Shown: positions 10,986 to 20,825 of the stretch, piece after piece | How the letters are laid out: each line of letters begins with the position of its first letter | Numbering within the stretch: the first letter of the stretch is position 1 | Assembly: GCA_937915225.1 (NCBI GenBank) | Contig: CALDNO010000002.1 | Coordinates: forward strand, 75,911 to 139,910 | Direction: 5' to 3' | DNA: 64,000 nucleotides | DNA from: an uncultured Candidatus Saccharibacteria bacterium | Lineage (GTDB): Bacteria; Patescibacteriota; Saccharimonadia; Saccharimonadales; Saccharimonadaceae | Program-made: the position numbers and the translations under genes | The notes under the pieces: model-generated | The model's input: only the letters and a program-made list of their open reading frames with translations | Database searches by the model: none | What the model was told of the DNA's origin: nothing

Positions 10986-13318
10986 TGCGCGACTATTTGG
11001 ACATTATCAAGCGGAATCTGCTCTCACCTATTGTCGTGGTGATTTTTCTGTTGGCTGGCGCGCTGGTTTATGTTCGCGAATATCGTGACGCGTGGTTTAT
11101 CTCAGTGGTGATTGTCGTGAATTCGACGATTGGCATTATTCAGGAGTTAAGGGCTAAGCGAGTTTTACGTCAATTGGAGCTAATGAGCGCGCCGAAAGCT
11201 CGATTGTTAAGGAATGGAAATGTTGTCGAGGTTGGTTATGATGAGCTTAAGATTGGCGATGAGATTCTTATTCAGGCTGGCGATGAACTACCTGCGGACG
11301 CGAAAGTTATCGAGTCAAAAGGCTTGGAGCTGAATGAAAGTATGCTGACTGGTGAGTCTGCGTCGATTGAGAAAAAGGACGGCGATGTCGTGTTGGCGGC
11401 GACGACGGTTTTGGCTGGCGAGGGCACGGCGCGAGTAATTGCGATTGGCGACGACACGAAAGCTGGCGCGATTAGCCAAGTCCTGAAGCGTTACAAACCA
11501 GAACTCACGCCCTTGCAATTAGCGATTTGGCGCGCAATTTATTTCTTGACTTACGGCGCAATTGTCCTGTCGCTACTTATTGCTATCGTCTATTATTTCT
11601 CTGGCGATAACGTCGTCGTCATCTTAAAAACCATCACTTCGGCAGCGGTTACAGTCGTGCCAGAGGGTCTGTTGTTGGCGAGTTCGCTGCTTTTGGCGTT
11701 CGGCTCACTGCGATTAGCTCAGGCGAAAGTCTTGCCACAAAAATTGTCAGCAATTGAAGCCATGGCTCTTCTGAATTTGCTGGCTGTAGATAAAACAGGC
11801 ACCTTGACCAGCGATGAAGTTACGTTGGAGCAGGTCGCGGCTTTCGGTGATGAAAATGACTATTCAGACTCTGACGTCGCCAGCTTTGCGGCGTTAATTG
11901 CTCATGAAACCAGCGGCGGAAATATCACTGGTCGTGCAATCTTGTCGGAAGCTACATCGCCAAAAAATACGAAAGTTCTGGAAGTGATGGCGTTTTCGTC
12001 GGCGCGTAAAATGGCTGGCGTGAGGGCGAATATTGACGGTGAAATTCGGACGTTGATGATGGGCGCGCCAGAGTTTGTGTCGAAGTTGGCGCCAGTAGAT
12101 AAGGAAACTCAGAAGAAGTTGAATGATTGGGCTGACAATGGTTTGCGCGTGTTGATGTTGGCTGAATTTTCGGACGATAAAACCAAATTGAAAGACTTGA
12201 AAAATGGTTCTGGAACGGCAATTGGTGCGGTTGTTCTGCGCAATTCCCTGCGTCATGGCGTTGTTGAAACGGTGGATTTTTTGCAGCGCCAAGGCGTAAC
12301 TATTCGCGTAATCTCTGGTGATAATCCGCGCACAGTTCAATACATCGCCAAAGAAGCTGGAATTAAACATCCAGAAAAGGCGATTTTAGGTGAAGATTTG
12401 GCGGTGCTTAGCGAAGATGAATTTAATAAAGCGGCCGACACTTACACGATTTTTGCCAGAGTTTTGCCAGACCAAAAAGAGCGCTTGATCAATCGATTTC
12501 AGCAATCTGGCAAGTTTACTGGCATGGTCGGCGACGGCGTGAACGACGCTCTGGCTCTGAAAAAGGCTGACCTCGGTGTGGCGATGTACGCTGGCGCTCC
12601 GGCATCTCGTCGAGTTTCCGACATTATATTGCTCAACAATTCGTTCACTTCCCTTCCGATGGGGATGAAATTGGGCAATCAAATAATGCAAGCAATCGAA
12701 GTCATCGCTGTCCTGTTTTTCCATAAAATTATTTACGGCGTGACGCTTCTTCTTGCGACGATTCTCATCAATATGAATTATCCGTATTCGCCGCGCCATA
12801 TTACGTTTATGAATATTTTTCTGGTGACGATGCCGACTCTTATGTGGACGCTATTTCCGCCCGTTCCGAAGCATCGAATAAATCCGAAGAGATTTTGGCA
12901 TGATACTTTGCTGGCTGTTACGCCGATTGCTTTAATTACTGGCTTGACTGTCGCGTTCACCTATTGGATTACCTCTGTTATGTTCCCTGGTCACGCCGCG
13001 GAAGTCGCAACGATGACCGTACTTACCGCGACTTTGTTTGGCGTATATTTGGTGTTCTTGGTGGGAATTATGCTGGACGTAGCTATCGATAAATCCGCCA
13101 AACGTGCCCGGCTATTATACTTGTTGTCAGTGGTTGTTGTGGCGGCTGGAAGCTTTGGTTTTGGGTTCCTGCGCGACTTTTTCGATTTCACCGTGCTAAA
13201 TTTGTTCATAATGTGGCCAGCAGTTGTTGTAATTGCCATAGCGATGATAGCCCAGTGGTGGCTAGCCCGCCGTGCTGGTAAAAAAATAACTACTAATGAA
13301 CGCCAGAAAAAAGTATAA
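10985..13318 (+). CDS. P-type cation-transporting ATPase
   Basis: TGES, PEGL, DKTGT, SGDN, GDGVND motifs and multiple TM segments. Confidence 0.95.
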   Translation: MRDYLDIIKRNLLSPIVVVIFLLAGALVYVREYRDAWFISVVIVVNSTIGIIQELRAKRVLRQLELMSAPKARLLRNGNVVEVGYDELKIGDEILIQAGDELPADAKVIESKGLELNESMLTGESASIEKKDGDVVLAATTVLAGEGTARVIAIGDDTKAGAISQVLKRYKPELTPLQLAIWRAIYFLTYGAIVLSLLIAIVYYFSGDNVVVILKTITSAAVTVVPEGLLLASSLLLAFGSLRLAQAKVLPQKLSAIEAMALLNLLAVDKTGTLTSDEVTLEQVAAFGDENDYSDSDVASFAALIAHETSGGNITGRAILSEATSPKNTKVLEVMAFSSARKMAGVRANIDGEIRTLMMGAPEFVSKLAPVDKETQKKLNDWADNGLRVLMLAEFSDDKTKLKDLKNGSGTAIGAVVLRNSLRHGVVETVDFLQRQGVTIRVISGDNPRTVQYIAKEAGIKHPEKAILGEDLAVLSEDEFNKAADTYTIFARVLPDQKERLINRFQQSGKFTGMVGDGVNDALALKKADLGVAMYAGAPASRRVSDIILLNNSFTSLPMGMKLGNQIMQAIEVIAVLFFHKIIYGVTLLLATILINMNYPYSPRHITFMNIFLVTMPTLMWTLFPPVPKHRINPKRFWHDTLLAVTPIALITGLTVAFTYWITSVMFPGHAAEVATMTVLTATLFGVYLVFLVGIMLDVAIDKSAKRARLLYLLSVVVVAAGSFGFGFLRDFFDFTVLNLFIMWPAVVVIAIAMIAQWWLARRAGKKITTNERQKKV
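13209..13255 (+). repeat. 47-bp direct repeat, copy 1 (3' end of ATPase gene)
   Basis: Matches 14395-14441 at 44 of 47 nt. Confidence 0.9.
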
Positions 13319-13383
13319 CCGCCATAAAAAACACCGGCAGGCAAATATCGTATGCCTGCCGGATCATTCTTGGTAGTCTTGGT

Positions 13384-14304
13384 TTATCTAGCTTCTTTTG
13401 AAAGCGGCTCTATATTCGACAGCTCGCGAATTCTTTTATTATACCAATCATTCAGCTCGGCGCAATGCTCCCAATTGTATCGACCTAGCCTATTACAGAT
13501 ATTTTTAACAAATTCTTCATCTTCATAAAGAGTGACATCCATCTGGTTAAGAGATTCCTCTGCGACGTCGGCTATGGCTACATTCTTGTTTTCATTAAGG
13601 CGTGCTTGCATAAGTTTTGCCCACAGTACGGCATAACAGGTCTGCATTAAAAACTTAGCTTCGCTTGCCGAGTCAAACGGATCCTCCTCTGGTTGATTTT
13701 GTTTGTCGCCGTAGACGTTATCTGTATATGTTTTGTTTCCTTTAAAAGTAAGTTCTACATCCCATACTTCATCTTTCAGTCTTCGGTAGGTTTTTTCCGT
13801 GTTAATGATAGCGTCTGCTTGCTGAATTTCTTCATTTCCGGCGAGGCGCTTTGCCTTGTCTTCCGCCGCTTCAGCTTCAAGGATTTCTTTTGGTATGTTG
13901 TCTAGGGTGTCTGTTACTAGCGGATAACTTCCAATAACCCCACCAATAATGTTGTCAGTGACAGTTATCTCTTGATTGTAGTGTCCGCGCATAGCTCGCG
14001 CCCAAGCTGCCTCTAGTTTCTTTGGGTCAGAATCTTTATACACGAGCACATAGACACCACCAAAATCTAATAATGCCTGATTTTCCTCTGGAGTTTCTGG
14101 GCTGGTTGGAATGGCGTTTTGTGTCAGCACTATTGCATCGCGGAAGAATACTCTATTTCCAAGGAGATCGTTTCCGTCAACTGCTGGAACTTTTTCAAGT
14201 GGGCTGTGATGAGTGAAATCATCATAGTTTTCTAAGCTTTCCCAGCCAGTTACTTTTTGTTCGTCTGGCACTCCTTGTTCTAGTGACTTGTCCATTTCTG
14301 TCAT
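13384..14304 (-). CDS. Hypothetical acidic protein inserted between the repeats
   Basis: 306-aa ORF with AGGAG SD; hairpin at about 13334-13362 downstream. Confidence 0.75.
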   Translation of the reverse strand: MTEMDKSLEQGVPDEQKVTGWESLENYDDFTHHSPLEKVPAVDGNDLLGNRVFFRDAIVLTQNAIPTSPETPEENQALLDFGGVYVLVYKDSDPKKLEAAWARAMRGHYNQEITVTDNIIGGVIGSYPLVTDTLDNIPKEILEAEAAEDKAKRLAGNEEIQQADAIINTEKTYRRLKDEVWDVELTFKGNKTYTDNVYGDKQNQPEEDPFDSASEAKFLMQTCYAVLWAKLMQARLNENKNVAIADVAEESLNQMDVTLYEDEEFVKNICNRLGRYNWEHCAELNDWYNKRIRELSNIEPLSKEAR

Positions 14305-14394
14305 GATATATAAAACTCCTCTTTTATGATGGTATTGGCATTATATCAGCAGCACGATTCAGTGTCAAGCTTACTGATGTTCCGTATTAAGCGT

Positions 14395-14483
14395 TAATGT
14401 GGCCAGCAGTTGGTGTAATTGCCATAGTGATGTTAGCCCAGCTACTCATTGTTCGCTGGGCTGGTCGGCGAATTGTTCGGTAG
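14395..14483 (+). repeat. Direct repeat copy 2, continuing as an orphan alternative ATPase C-terminus
   Basis: Reads MWPAVGVIAIVMLAQLLIVRWAGRRIVR* versus MWPAVVVIAIAMIAQWWLARRAGKKI in the ATPase. Confidence 0.85.
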
Positions 14484-14491
14484 GAATTTGT

Positions 14492-14875
14492 CTATCTATT
14501 CAGTAATTTGCCAAAAACGAAATATCCTATAGTCCAGAAAATGCAACCGCATAGTAAAAATATTCCGAATACTTTCAAATAGTCTGCGAACGAGCTTAAC
14601 TCGTACCAGCCGCTTATTAATAAACAAGGGAAAATTGTTAATATCATGACGATAAAATGTATGGCAGATTGTTTAAGTAGTGACCATTTTTCGATGTCGT
14701 ATATTACAGATGCGGCTGCGACTATGGATATTATGACGCCAGTTAAGAATGTTCCTTTGATTTGTGACTGGTCAATTTTTTGATATTCCATCATAAGAGC
14801 TAATGCCGACATTATGACAAAAGGAATAATTCCTCTAAACGTAGCTTGCTTTAATATTCTAGTCTTCATGGCCAT
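14492..14875 (-). CDS. Small membrane protein, DUF3021-like
   Basis: Four hydrophobic segments; ASVIYDIEKWSLLKQSAIHF pattern. Confidence 0.65.
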   Translation of the reverse strand: MAMKTRILKQATFRGIIPFVIMSALALMMEYQKIDQSQIKGTFLTGVIISIVAAASVIYDIEKWSLLKQSAIHFIVMILTIFPCLLISGWYELSSFADYLKVFGIFLLCGCIFWTIGYFVFGKLLNR

Positions 14876-14878
14876 AGA

Positions 14879-16192
14879 TTACGCTTTCTTATCCAAAACC
14901 ACAAGGTGCTCAATGTGCGGCGTCCTCGGGAAGAAGTTGTAGCCTTGATGATGCACGATTTCGTATTTTTCCTGAAGCAGGCTGACGTCTCGCGCTTGCG
15001 TGACAGGATTACAACTCAGATAAATAATCCTAGGCGGCTCAGTTTCCAGCAGTCGATTAGTAACATCCGCGTGAAGCCCAGCGCGCGGCGGATCGACGAT
15101 GACAATTTGCTCGCCCGTTATATATTCCAGAGATTTTTCGCTTGGCGCCAAAATCGCCTTGGCGTTCGGTCGATTCAATTTGGTGATATTCCTCTGCATT
15201 TCCGCGACGGCATGTTCGTTAATTTCCACCAGCGTCACGTCATCGCCCCCAATTGTCAAGCCGATTGTCCCAACGCCAGAGTAAAGGTCGAGCGTCGGCA
15301 TTTTTTCATTGCAATTAATCCACGCTTTCATATCGCTTAAGGCTTTTTCGTAAACGGGAATGTTGACTTGGAAAAATCCTTCGCAAGCGTAGTTGAAGGC
15401 GACGCCTAAAATCGTGTCGCTCAGTGTCGTGTCGCCGAATTTGTTCAAGCGTTCGGTGATTCTGCTGGCTGGGCTTTTGGGGTCGGAATAAATTATTTCG
15501 CCGCCCGCGGCTGATAGCAATTTGGCTTCATCGTCGGAAATCAGGTTTTCTATCTTATCTTTTACGTACAATTGCCAGACGGCGTTTCCCTGTTGATCTG
15601 AGCGAATCAAGAGCGTTTTTAATTGGCGCGCGACAATCGGTTTTTCTCGTAAAAGGTCGCGGATTTCAATTGCCAATTTATTTATGCTCGGGTGTGCCAA
15701 GCTGGTTCCGTCAACGATGACTTTTCCTTTGCCGCCACGCTTGAAAAACGCCAAGTCCAGAGTTTCTTTTGTGCTATTTTCTGTTGTGTCGCCAAACCAA
15801 CTGAACTCAACTTTGTTGCGATAATTAAATTCTACGCCGTCAGAAAATATCTCGATTTTTTCAGGCAATGTGATGTTGTGAAGTAAAAAAGCTTCTTCGA
15901 TTAGCGATGCTTTGTGTGACTGCTCGCTGGACATCGGCATTATTTGCCAAGGACTGGTGCTTAAATAGCTATTTTCGTCCCGCGGCGTAATTCGTTCTGG
16001 ACTTTTCTCGATAATTTCTGTCACTACCCCTTCGACGAAGTGTGATTTTTTCTTTGTCACGCGAATCGTTACAAGTTCTTTCGGTAGCCCTCCCCAGACG
16101 AACGCTTTGCGACCGTCGTCAAGTGTTCCGATAGCTTGCCCGCCGCCAACGATTTTTTTAAATCTTAAAGTTTCAAAAATTTGTTTTCTCAT
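14879..16192 (-). CDS. RNA (uracil-5)-methyltransferase, RlmD/TrmA family
   Basis: YRNKVEF, FFQVN, DLYSGVGTIG, VDPPRAG, YLSCNP, FFPRTPHIE. Confidence 0.92.
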   Translation of the reverse strand: MRKQIFETLRFKKIVGGGQAIGTLDDGRKAFVWGGLPKELVTIRVTKKKSHFVEGVVTEIIEKSPERITPRDENSYLSTSPWQIMPMSSEQSHKASLIEEAFLLHNITLPEKIEIFSDGVEFNYRNKVEFSWFGDTTENSTKETLDLAFFKRGGKGKVIVDGTSLAHPSINKLAIEIRDLLREKPIVARQLKTLLIRSDQQGNAVWQLYVKDKIENLISDDEAKLLSAAGGEIIYSDPKSPASRITERLNKFGDTTLSDTILGVAFNYACEGFFQVNIPVYEKALSDMKAWINCNEKMPTLDLYSGVGTIGLTIGGDDVTLVEINEHAVAEMQRNITKLNRPNAKAILAPSEKSLEYITGEQIVIVDPPRAGLHADVTNRLLETEPPRIIYLSCNPVTQARDVSLLQEKYEIVHHQGYNFFPRTPHIEHLVVLDKKA

Positions 16193-16265
16193 TAGGTTAT
16201 ATTATATCAGGATGTGTGGATTTTTTCTGGCTGGCGTGCTATAATCGTCATTGTCCTGGCAATAG

Positions 16266-16340
16266 TGGGACGTCGCCAAGTGGTAAGGCACTGGGTTTTG
16301 GTCCCAGCATTCGCAGGTTCGAATCCTGCCGTCCCAGCCA
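16266..16340 (+). tRNA. tRNA-Gln(TTG)
   Basis: Cloverleaf, anticodon arm CTGGG-TTTTGGT-CCCAG, GTTCGAATC, 3' CCA. Confidence 0.97.
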
Positions 16341-16342
16341 TA

Positions 16343-16385
16343 AGAGCCTTTTGACAAGTTTACGAGCTTATCAAAGGGCTTTTTT
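16343..16385 (+). terminator. Terminator after tRNA-Gln
   Basis: AGAGCCTTTTGACAAG...CTTATCAAAGGGCT followed by a T run. Confidence 0.7.
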
Positions 16386-16594
16386 AGGTTGAAATCAGCT
16401 TTTTTGCTGTCTAATTAGAGGTTGAACTAACAAGGCAATAAGAGTCGTCTAACTGCCTAGTTTAATTATTTTCCCTGATGTTGGACATTTGCTAGTTCTT
16501 CGTCATAACATTAGTCATTTTTCGTTATATTCCGGCGGAGTAATTATCCTATAATTTTTATTACTTACTCGCTGGCGGAAAAAGTGATGCGCAA

Positions 16595-17491
16595 TTATTT
16601 ACTGATTATCTTTAAGATGGCTTCAAGATTATCATCACCGCCAGCACCCTCTTTTCGGGTAATAAATCCGCTTTCTGGTTCTGAAAATGCAATAGTTGCT
16701 CCGACTGTGATAATTTTATCTTTTTCTTCTTGATTATCTATTGTCTTATAAACGGCATGTAAAGCTTTTAGAACATTTCGACGATGAATCGATGATTGCT
16801 CTAGATGTTTTTCTGCGAAGTAGTTTTTTCTGATAAATAGTGGAATTTGAATATAAGCCATAATGATAGAGCCTTTTATGACAAGTGCTAAAGTATTCAA
16901 CATACCTATATTTTTTATGTCGTCGGCTAACCAATCTTTAATGATAGGAAAATTAGAGACTTGAACAAACAGAAGCAGTGCAACAATCACAATCAGCCCT
17001 ACAACAGATACAATCAAATATTTAAGCCAGTTTGCTGAATTTTCTTGATGCTTCATTGCTTGCTTATCAAAATCTTTAGCATAAGCTTCTAGTATTTCAG
17101 CACCAGATAGAATACTTGCAATCTTGTTAATACTGGCTATTCTTTCTTCGCTTTCTTTAAGCTTGTCTTCAAACTCTCTAACTTTTTGCGAAAATATACT
17201 AATATTTCGTTTTCTATCTGCTCTATATGCTATATAGCCGGCGTTGACTAAATTCAATGCGTCGTTATAGGGCCGTGTACTAGGTATATAGTCTGCTAGT
17301 CTATTATATTCGTAGCCTCTTAAGTTACTTTGTAAATTATCAAGTCTATTTAAGGCTTCTGTGTTTGATAAAGTTTGAATAAATTCTTCATCACCTAGAG
17401 CGTCTGCGATATCGTTATAATACTGCTTCATCAAATCGGTAGGTTGGTCTTTTGCGTATTTTCTGATTTTATATACTAGCTCACTAAACAT
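16595..17491 (-). CDS. Hypothetical coiled-coil and membrane protein, AT-rich, next to tRNA-Gln
   Basis: 298-aa ORF, two TM segments, TATAAT 6 nt before ATG. Confidence 0.75.
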   Translation of the reverse strand: MFSELVYKIRKYAKDQPTDLMKQYYNDIADALGDEEFIQTLSNTEALNRLDNLQSNLRGYEYNRLADYIPSTRPYNDALNLVNAGYIAYRADRKRNISIFSQKVREFEDKLKESEERIASINKIASILSGAEILEAYAKDFDKQAMKHQENSANWLKYLIVSVVGLIVIVALLLFVQVSNFPIIKDWLADDIKNIGMLNTLALVIKGSIIMAYIQIPLFIRKNYFAEKHLEQSSIHRRNVLKALHAVYKTIDNQEEKDKIITVGATIAFSEPESGFITRKEGAGGDDNLEAILKIISK

Positions 17492-17677
17492 ACTGAAATT
17501 ATATCAAAAATCCTATTATTATGAAATTATAGTTACCATAAATCAAATTATTTATATTGGTATTTTGTTGGGCAAAGTTAGCAATTTGATAGTGATTTTT
17601 TGTGTCAACGAAAATTCAGCTAACTTGTGCGTTTACACCCCCTATAGTAATACTTGCTATTGCAGTATAATGAAACC

Positions 17678-18343
17678 ATGAGCAAACTCCACCTCCACAT
17701 CGCTAATGCCAACCAAACTTTCACCGATGCCGAAATTGCCATGTTTAAAAACGCAGTGCAACAAGCCGAAGCTTTTGTTTCGAGTGAGTTCGCGCAATTT
17801 GATTACGAAGTTGATGTAATTATCACCACACCATCGCCTATGCTGCCAACCATCGCCGAGGATGGCATTGCTGGCAAGACACTTCATTCGCGCTTGATTA
17901 TGATTTCTGCTGATAAAAACCAGCACAAAATCAATGAGGGTTTTATTTTCGAAACGATTTGCCACGAAATGTCGCATTCGCTGCGTTGGGAAAAGTTGCC
18001 TGAATATGCCGAAACTATGTTTGACAGTATGATTCTGGAGGGCTTGGCGGTTGTGCTAGAAGAAGAAGCGATGGCTGACTCTGGACGACGAGACCAACAA
18101 TTTTTCTTGAGAGAAGTGCAGAAAACTTCTCAAGCTGAAATTGATAAGATGATTGCTACACTGAAAGACAGCCTTGAAAACAAAGTTTATGACTATAACA
18201 AAATATTTTTCACCGGCGACGATGTTTTGCCACGCTGGGCGGGGTATAAGCTTGGGTATTACTTTGTGAAACAACACCTACATCAAACTAGTCAGACTAT
18301 TGCGCAGGCGACTCTGGCAAGTTACAAGGATTTTATCCTATAA
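17678..18343 (+). CDS. Putative Zn-dependent protease, DUF2268-like
   Basis: HEMSH (HExxH), EGLA, GYKLGY. Confidence 0.8.
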   Translation: MSKLHLHIANANQTFTDAEIAMFKNAVQQAEAFVSSEFAQFDYEVDVIITTPSPMLPTIAEDGIAGKTLHSRLIMISADKNQHKINEGFIFETICHEMSHSLRWEKLPEYAETMFDSMILEGLAVVLEEEAMADSGRRDQQFFLREVQKTSQAEIDKMIATLKDSLENKVYDYNKIFFTGDDVLPRWAGYKLGYYFVKQHLHQTSQTIAQATLASYKDFIL

Positions 18344-18401
18344 ATTGGAGAGTCCCCGTCGCGATATGCGTAACAACGGGGACGAGACGTAGTTTTAAAC
18401 T

Positions 18402-18587
18402 ATGTTTTTTGTGATTGCACTATCCGATGGTATTTTCTCCGAGTTTTCTCTGGTATTTTTACCTTACCTGCCGTTAATCCTTTATGGCGTGATCCTAATT
18501 TTCTCAACGTTTCGTCGATTGATAAATTATAGAAAAGCATATGCTTATTTTATGAAAAAAAAGTCCCCACTCGTTAGTGAGGACTAA
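18402..18587 (+). CDS. Possible small membrane protein or gene remnant
   Basis: 61-aa hydrophobic ORF between two hairpins; no clear SD. Confidence 0.3.
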   Translation: MFFVIALSDGIFSEFSLVFLPYLPLILYGVILIFSTFRRLINYRKAYAYFMKKKSPLVSED

Positions 18588-18610
18588 ACTGTCGTGGTGG
18601 ACAATTGAGG

Positions 18611-19069
18611 TTAACTAATGTTGACGACTTGTAGCTGCTTGGTCGCCAAGCCATTTTTCCAGGAAACAGTTTCGGATTTCTTGTGGTTCAGTAGACTTTT
18701 TCCTAGCGGACTATCCACGGAAATTCGCCCGTCCAGAGGGTTTGCTTCCAGGCTATGAACCAGCGTATAGCGGAAAATTTTTCCCTGTTGATCCACTAAA
18801 TCCACGACTGAGCCGATAGCAATTTTCAATCGATCACGTTTCCTTGGCAGCGGTTTGGCGTGGCGCAAAATATCCTTCTTCATAAAGATTTTTGATTGGA
18901 TATTTTCCAGTTGCGTAATTACATCGTTGCGGTGTAATTTGTCATCACGCGATTTGGCGCGTCCAATTTCTTTCAATTCCAACGTGAGCGCTTTCTCTGA
19001 AATCTCTAGTCCAGAAATTTCCTTCTGTAGTTCCTTAAATCCTTTTTTACTTAAAAATGTTGTACTCAT
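18611..19069 (-). CDS. GreA/GreB-family transcription factor, atypical
   Basis: IAIGSVV, EANPLDGRISVDSPLGKSLL C-domain; lacks the GDLSENAEY acidic tip. Confidence 0.8.
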   Translation of the reverse strand: MSTTFLSKKGFKELQKEISGLEISEKALTLELKEIGRAKSRDDKLHRNDVITQLENIQSKIFMKKDILRHAKPLPRKRDRLKIAIGSVVDLVDQQGKIFRYTLVHSLEANPLDGRISVDSPLGKSLLNHKKSETVSWKNGLATKQLQVVNIS

Positions 19070-19146
19070 ACTTCCCCCTTCGGATCGGCAATTTTGCCAA
19101 TCAACAATCCTATTACAACATCTAATTCTGAAAAATAGCTGAAAAT

Positions 19147-20097
19147 TTACAGAATCGGCAAGGAAATTGTGAAAATGGTTGAGTTTTTCGAGGTGTTAAC
19201 AGAGATTTGTCCGCCGAGCGCTTTTGTCAATTGTTCCGCTAACGGCAATCCTAATCCGTAGCCTTTCGTCTGTTGGTTGCCGCGGAAAAATCGCTCAAAG
19301 ACGTGTGGCAGAGTTTGTTGCGAAATTGTGCCGTCGTTGATGAAGTTGACTGTGATGTTTTGTTTCGATGGGATAATGCGAATTTTTACCACAGAATTTT
19401 TCGGGCTATGTTTCAATGAATTGTCGAGTAAAATCGCGCATAATTCTCGCGTCGCAGTGTGATGAAGCGGAATATTTATGTGTTCTGGGCAATTCATTTT
19501 AACTCGCGCTTCGGCTTTTCGTTCGCGGATGAGTTCGGATATCAATTCCGTCAAATTAAAGCTTTTATCTTCCAGTGCCAACTTATTTTCTGTCCGTGAT
19601 AATTCCAGAAGCATCGCTGTAAGCTCAGTCAACTTATTTATTTCCTCCAAATTGCTTTCCAGAGTTTCTGTAAGTTCTGCCTTATTCGCCTTCTGATTTT
19701 TTAGCGCAAATTCAGTCTCTGCTTTCATAATTGCCAAAGGTGTTCGGAGCTGATGACTGGCATTGGCAACAAATCGCGATTGGGCTTTGTGAGCGGTTTC
19801 TATCGGTCGCAAAGTAATTTTCGCCAATAAATATGAACACCAACCGCCAGCGAGCAGAACGATAAGATTTATATAGCCCAAACTAATCAAAAGATTTCGA
19901 GTTGAATTATCTATTCTTTCCGACAAATTGATTGCAGGAAAATCGCCCTTCCTTTGAACGATAATTTTATGAATTTGCGCATCAACTTCCGAGCGCGCCA
20001 CCTGAAAAATAATGCTACTAAACAGCAAACTGACGATCATCAAAATCATCAAATACCAGCCCGCCAACTTAATTGTTGCTGAAGTAAAAATTTTCAT
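19147..20097 (-). CDS. Sensor histidine kinase
   Basis: Two TM segments, ASHQLRTPL H-box, LLDNSLKH, GYGLGL. Confidence 0.93.
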   Translation of the reverse strand: MKIFTSATIKLAGWYLMILMIVSLLFSSIIFQVARSEVDAQIHKIIVQRKGDFPAINLSERIDNSTRNLLISLGYINLIVLLAGGWCSYLLAKITLRPIETAHKAQSRFVANASHQLRTPLAIMKAETEFALKNQKANKAELTETLESNLEEINKLTELTAMLLELSRTENKLALEDKSFNLTELISELIRERKAEARVKMNCPEHINIPLHHTATRELCAILLDNSLKHSPKNSVVKIRIIPSKQNITVNFINDGTISQQTLPHVFERFFRGNQQTKGYGLGLPLAEQLTKALGGQISVNTSKNSTIFTISLPIL

Positions 20098-20762
20098 GAT
20101 TCAATCCTATAGCCGAAGCCGCGCACGGTTTTTATCAATTGTTTTTTGAACGGTTTGTCGATTTTTTGGCGTAGATTTTTTATGTACACCTCGACATTAT
20201 TCGGCAAAATATCAGCGTCAAAATCCCAAACGTGATCAATCAGCGTTTCCTTACTGAGAATCTGATTCGGATGTTGCATCAAATATTCCAGCAGCGCATA
20301 TTCTTTGTTTGTGAGGTCAATATTCTTTCCGGCTCGCGTCACGGTTTGCTGCTGCTTGTCAATTTTCAAATCGTCAATTTGCAGAACGTCTGGCTGACTA
20401 ATCGGTGGACGACGAAGTAAAGCTCGCACTCGCGCCAACAATTCGTCAATTGCAAAAGGCTTAGTCAAATAATCATCGGCTCCCACGTCCAGCCCGAGCG
20501 TTTTATCTTCGGTCGTGCTCAGCGCTGTCAGAAATAGAATTGGCATATTTTTCCCGTTCTCGCGCAATTTTTTAACAATCTCCGTGCCCTCTAATCCCGG
20601 CAACATTCGATCAACAATCAACAAATCATACGGCTGACTGTCCGCCAAATTAAAGCCTTCTTCCCCGTCATACGCCGCATCGACCGCGTATTTTTCGCGT
20701 TTCAAAGATTCGGTTATGACCCTTGCAATTTTTCGTTCGTCCTCAATAACTAGCAGTCGCAT
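20094..20762 (-). CDS. OmpR/PhoB-family response regulator
   Basis: IED, DRMLPG, GADDYLTKPF, TVRGFGY. Confidence 0.95.
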   Translation of the reverse strand: MRLLVIEDERKIARVITESLKREKYAVDAAYDGEEGFNLADSQPYDLLIVDRMLPGLEGTEIVKKLRENGKNMPILFLTALSTTEDKTLGLDVGADDYLTKPFAIDELLARVRALLRRPPISQPDVLQIDDLKIDKQQQTVTRAGKNIDLTNKEYALLEYLMQHPNQILSKETLIDHVWDFDADILPNNVEVYIKNLRQKIDKPFKKQLIKTVRGFGYRIES

Positions 20763-20825
20763 GTCTATATTATATCTTTTTTCCTGCGCTAAGTGCTATA
20801 ATTTTATTTGAAGAAAAGGAGGCGT

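Noticed and set aside
18351..18586. Two hairpins both starting AGTCCCC around a 61-aa ORF
   Set aside because: Similarity is only 7 nt; both are explained as ordinary terminators.
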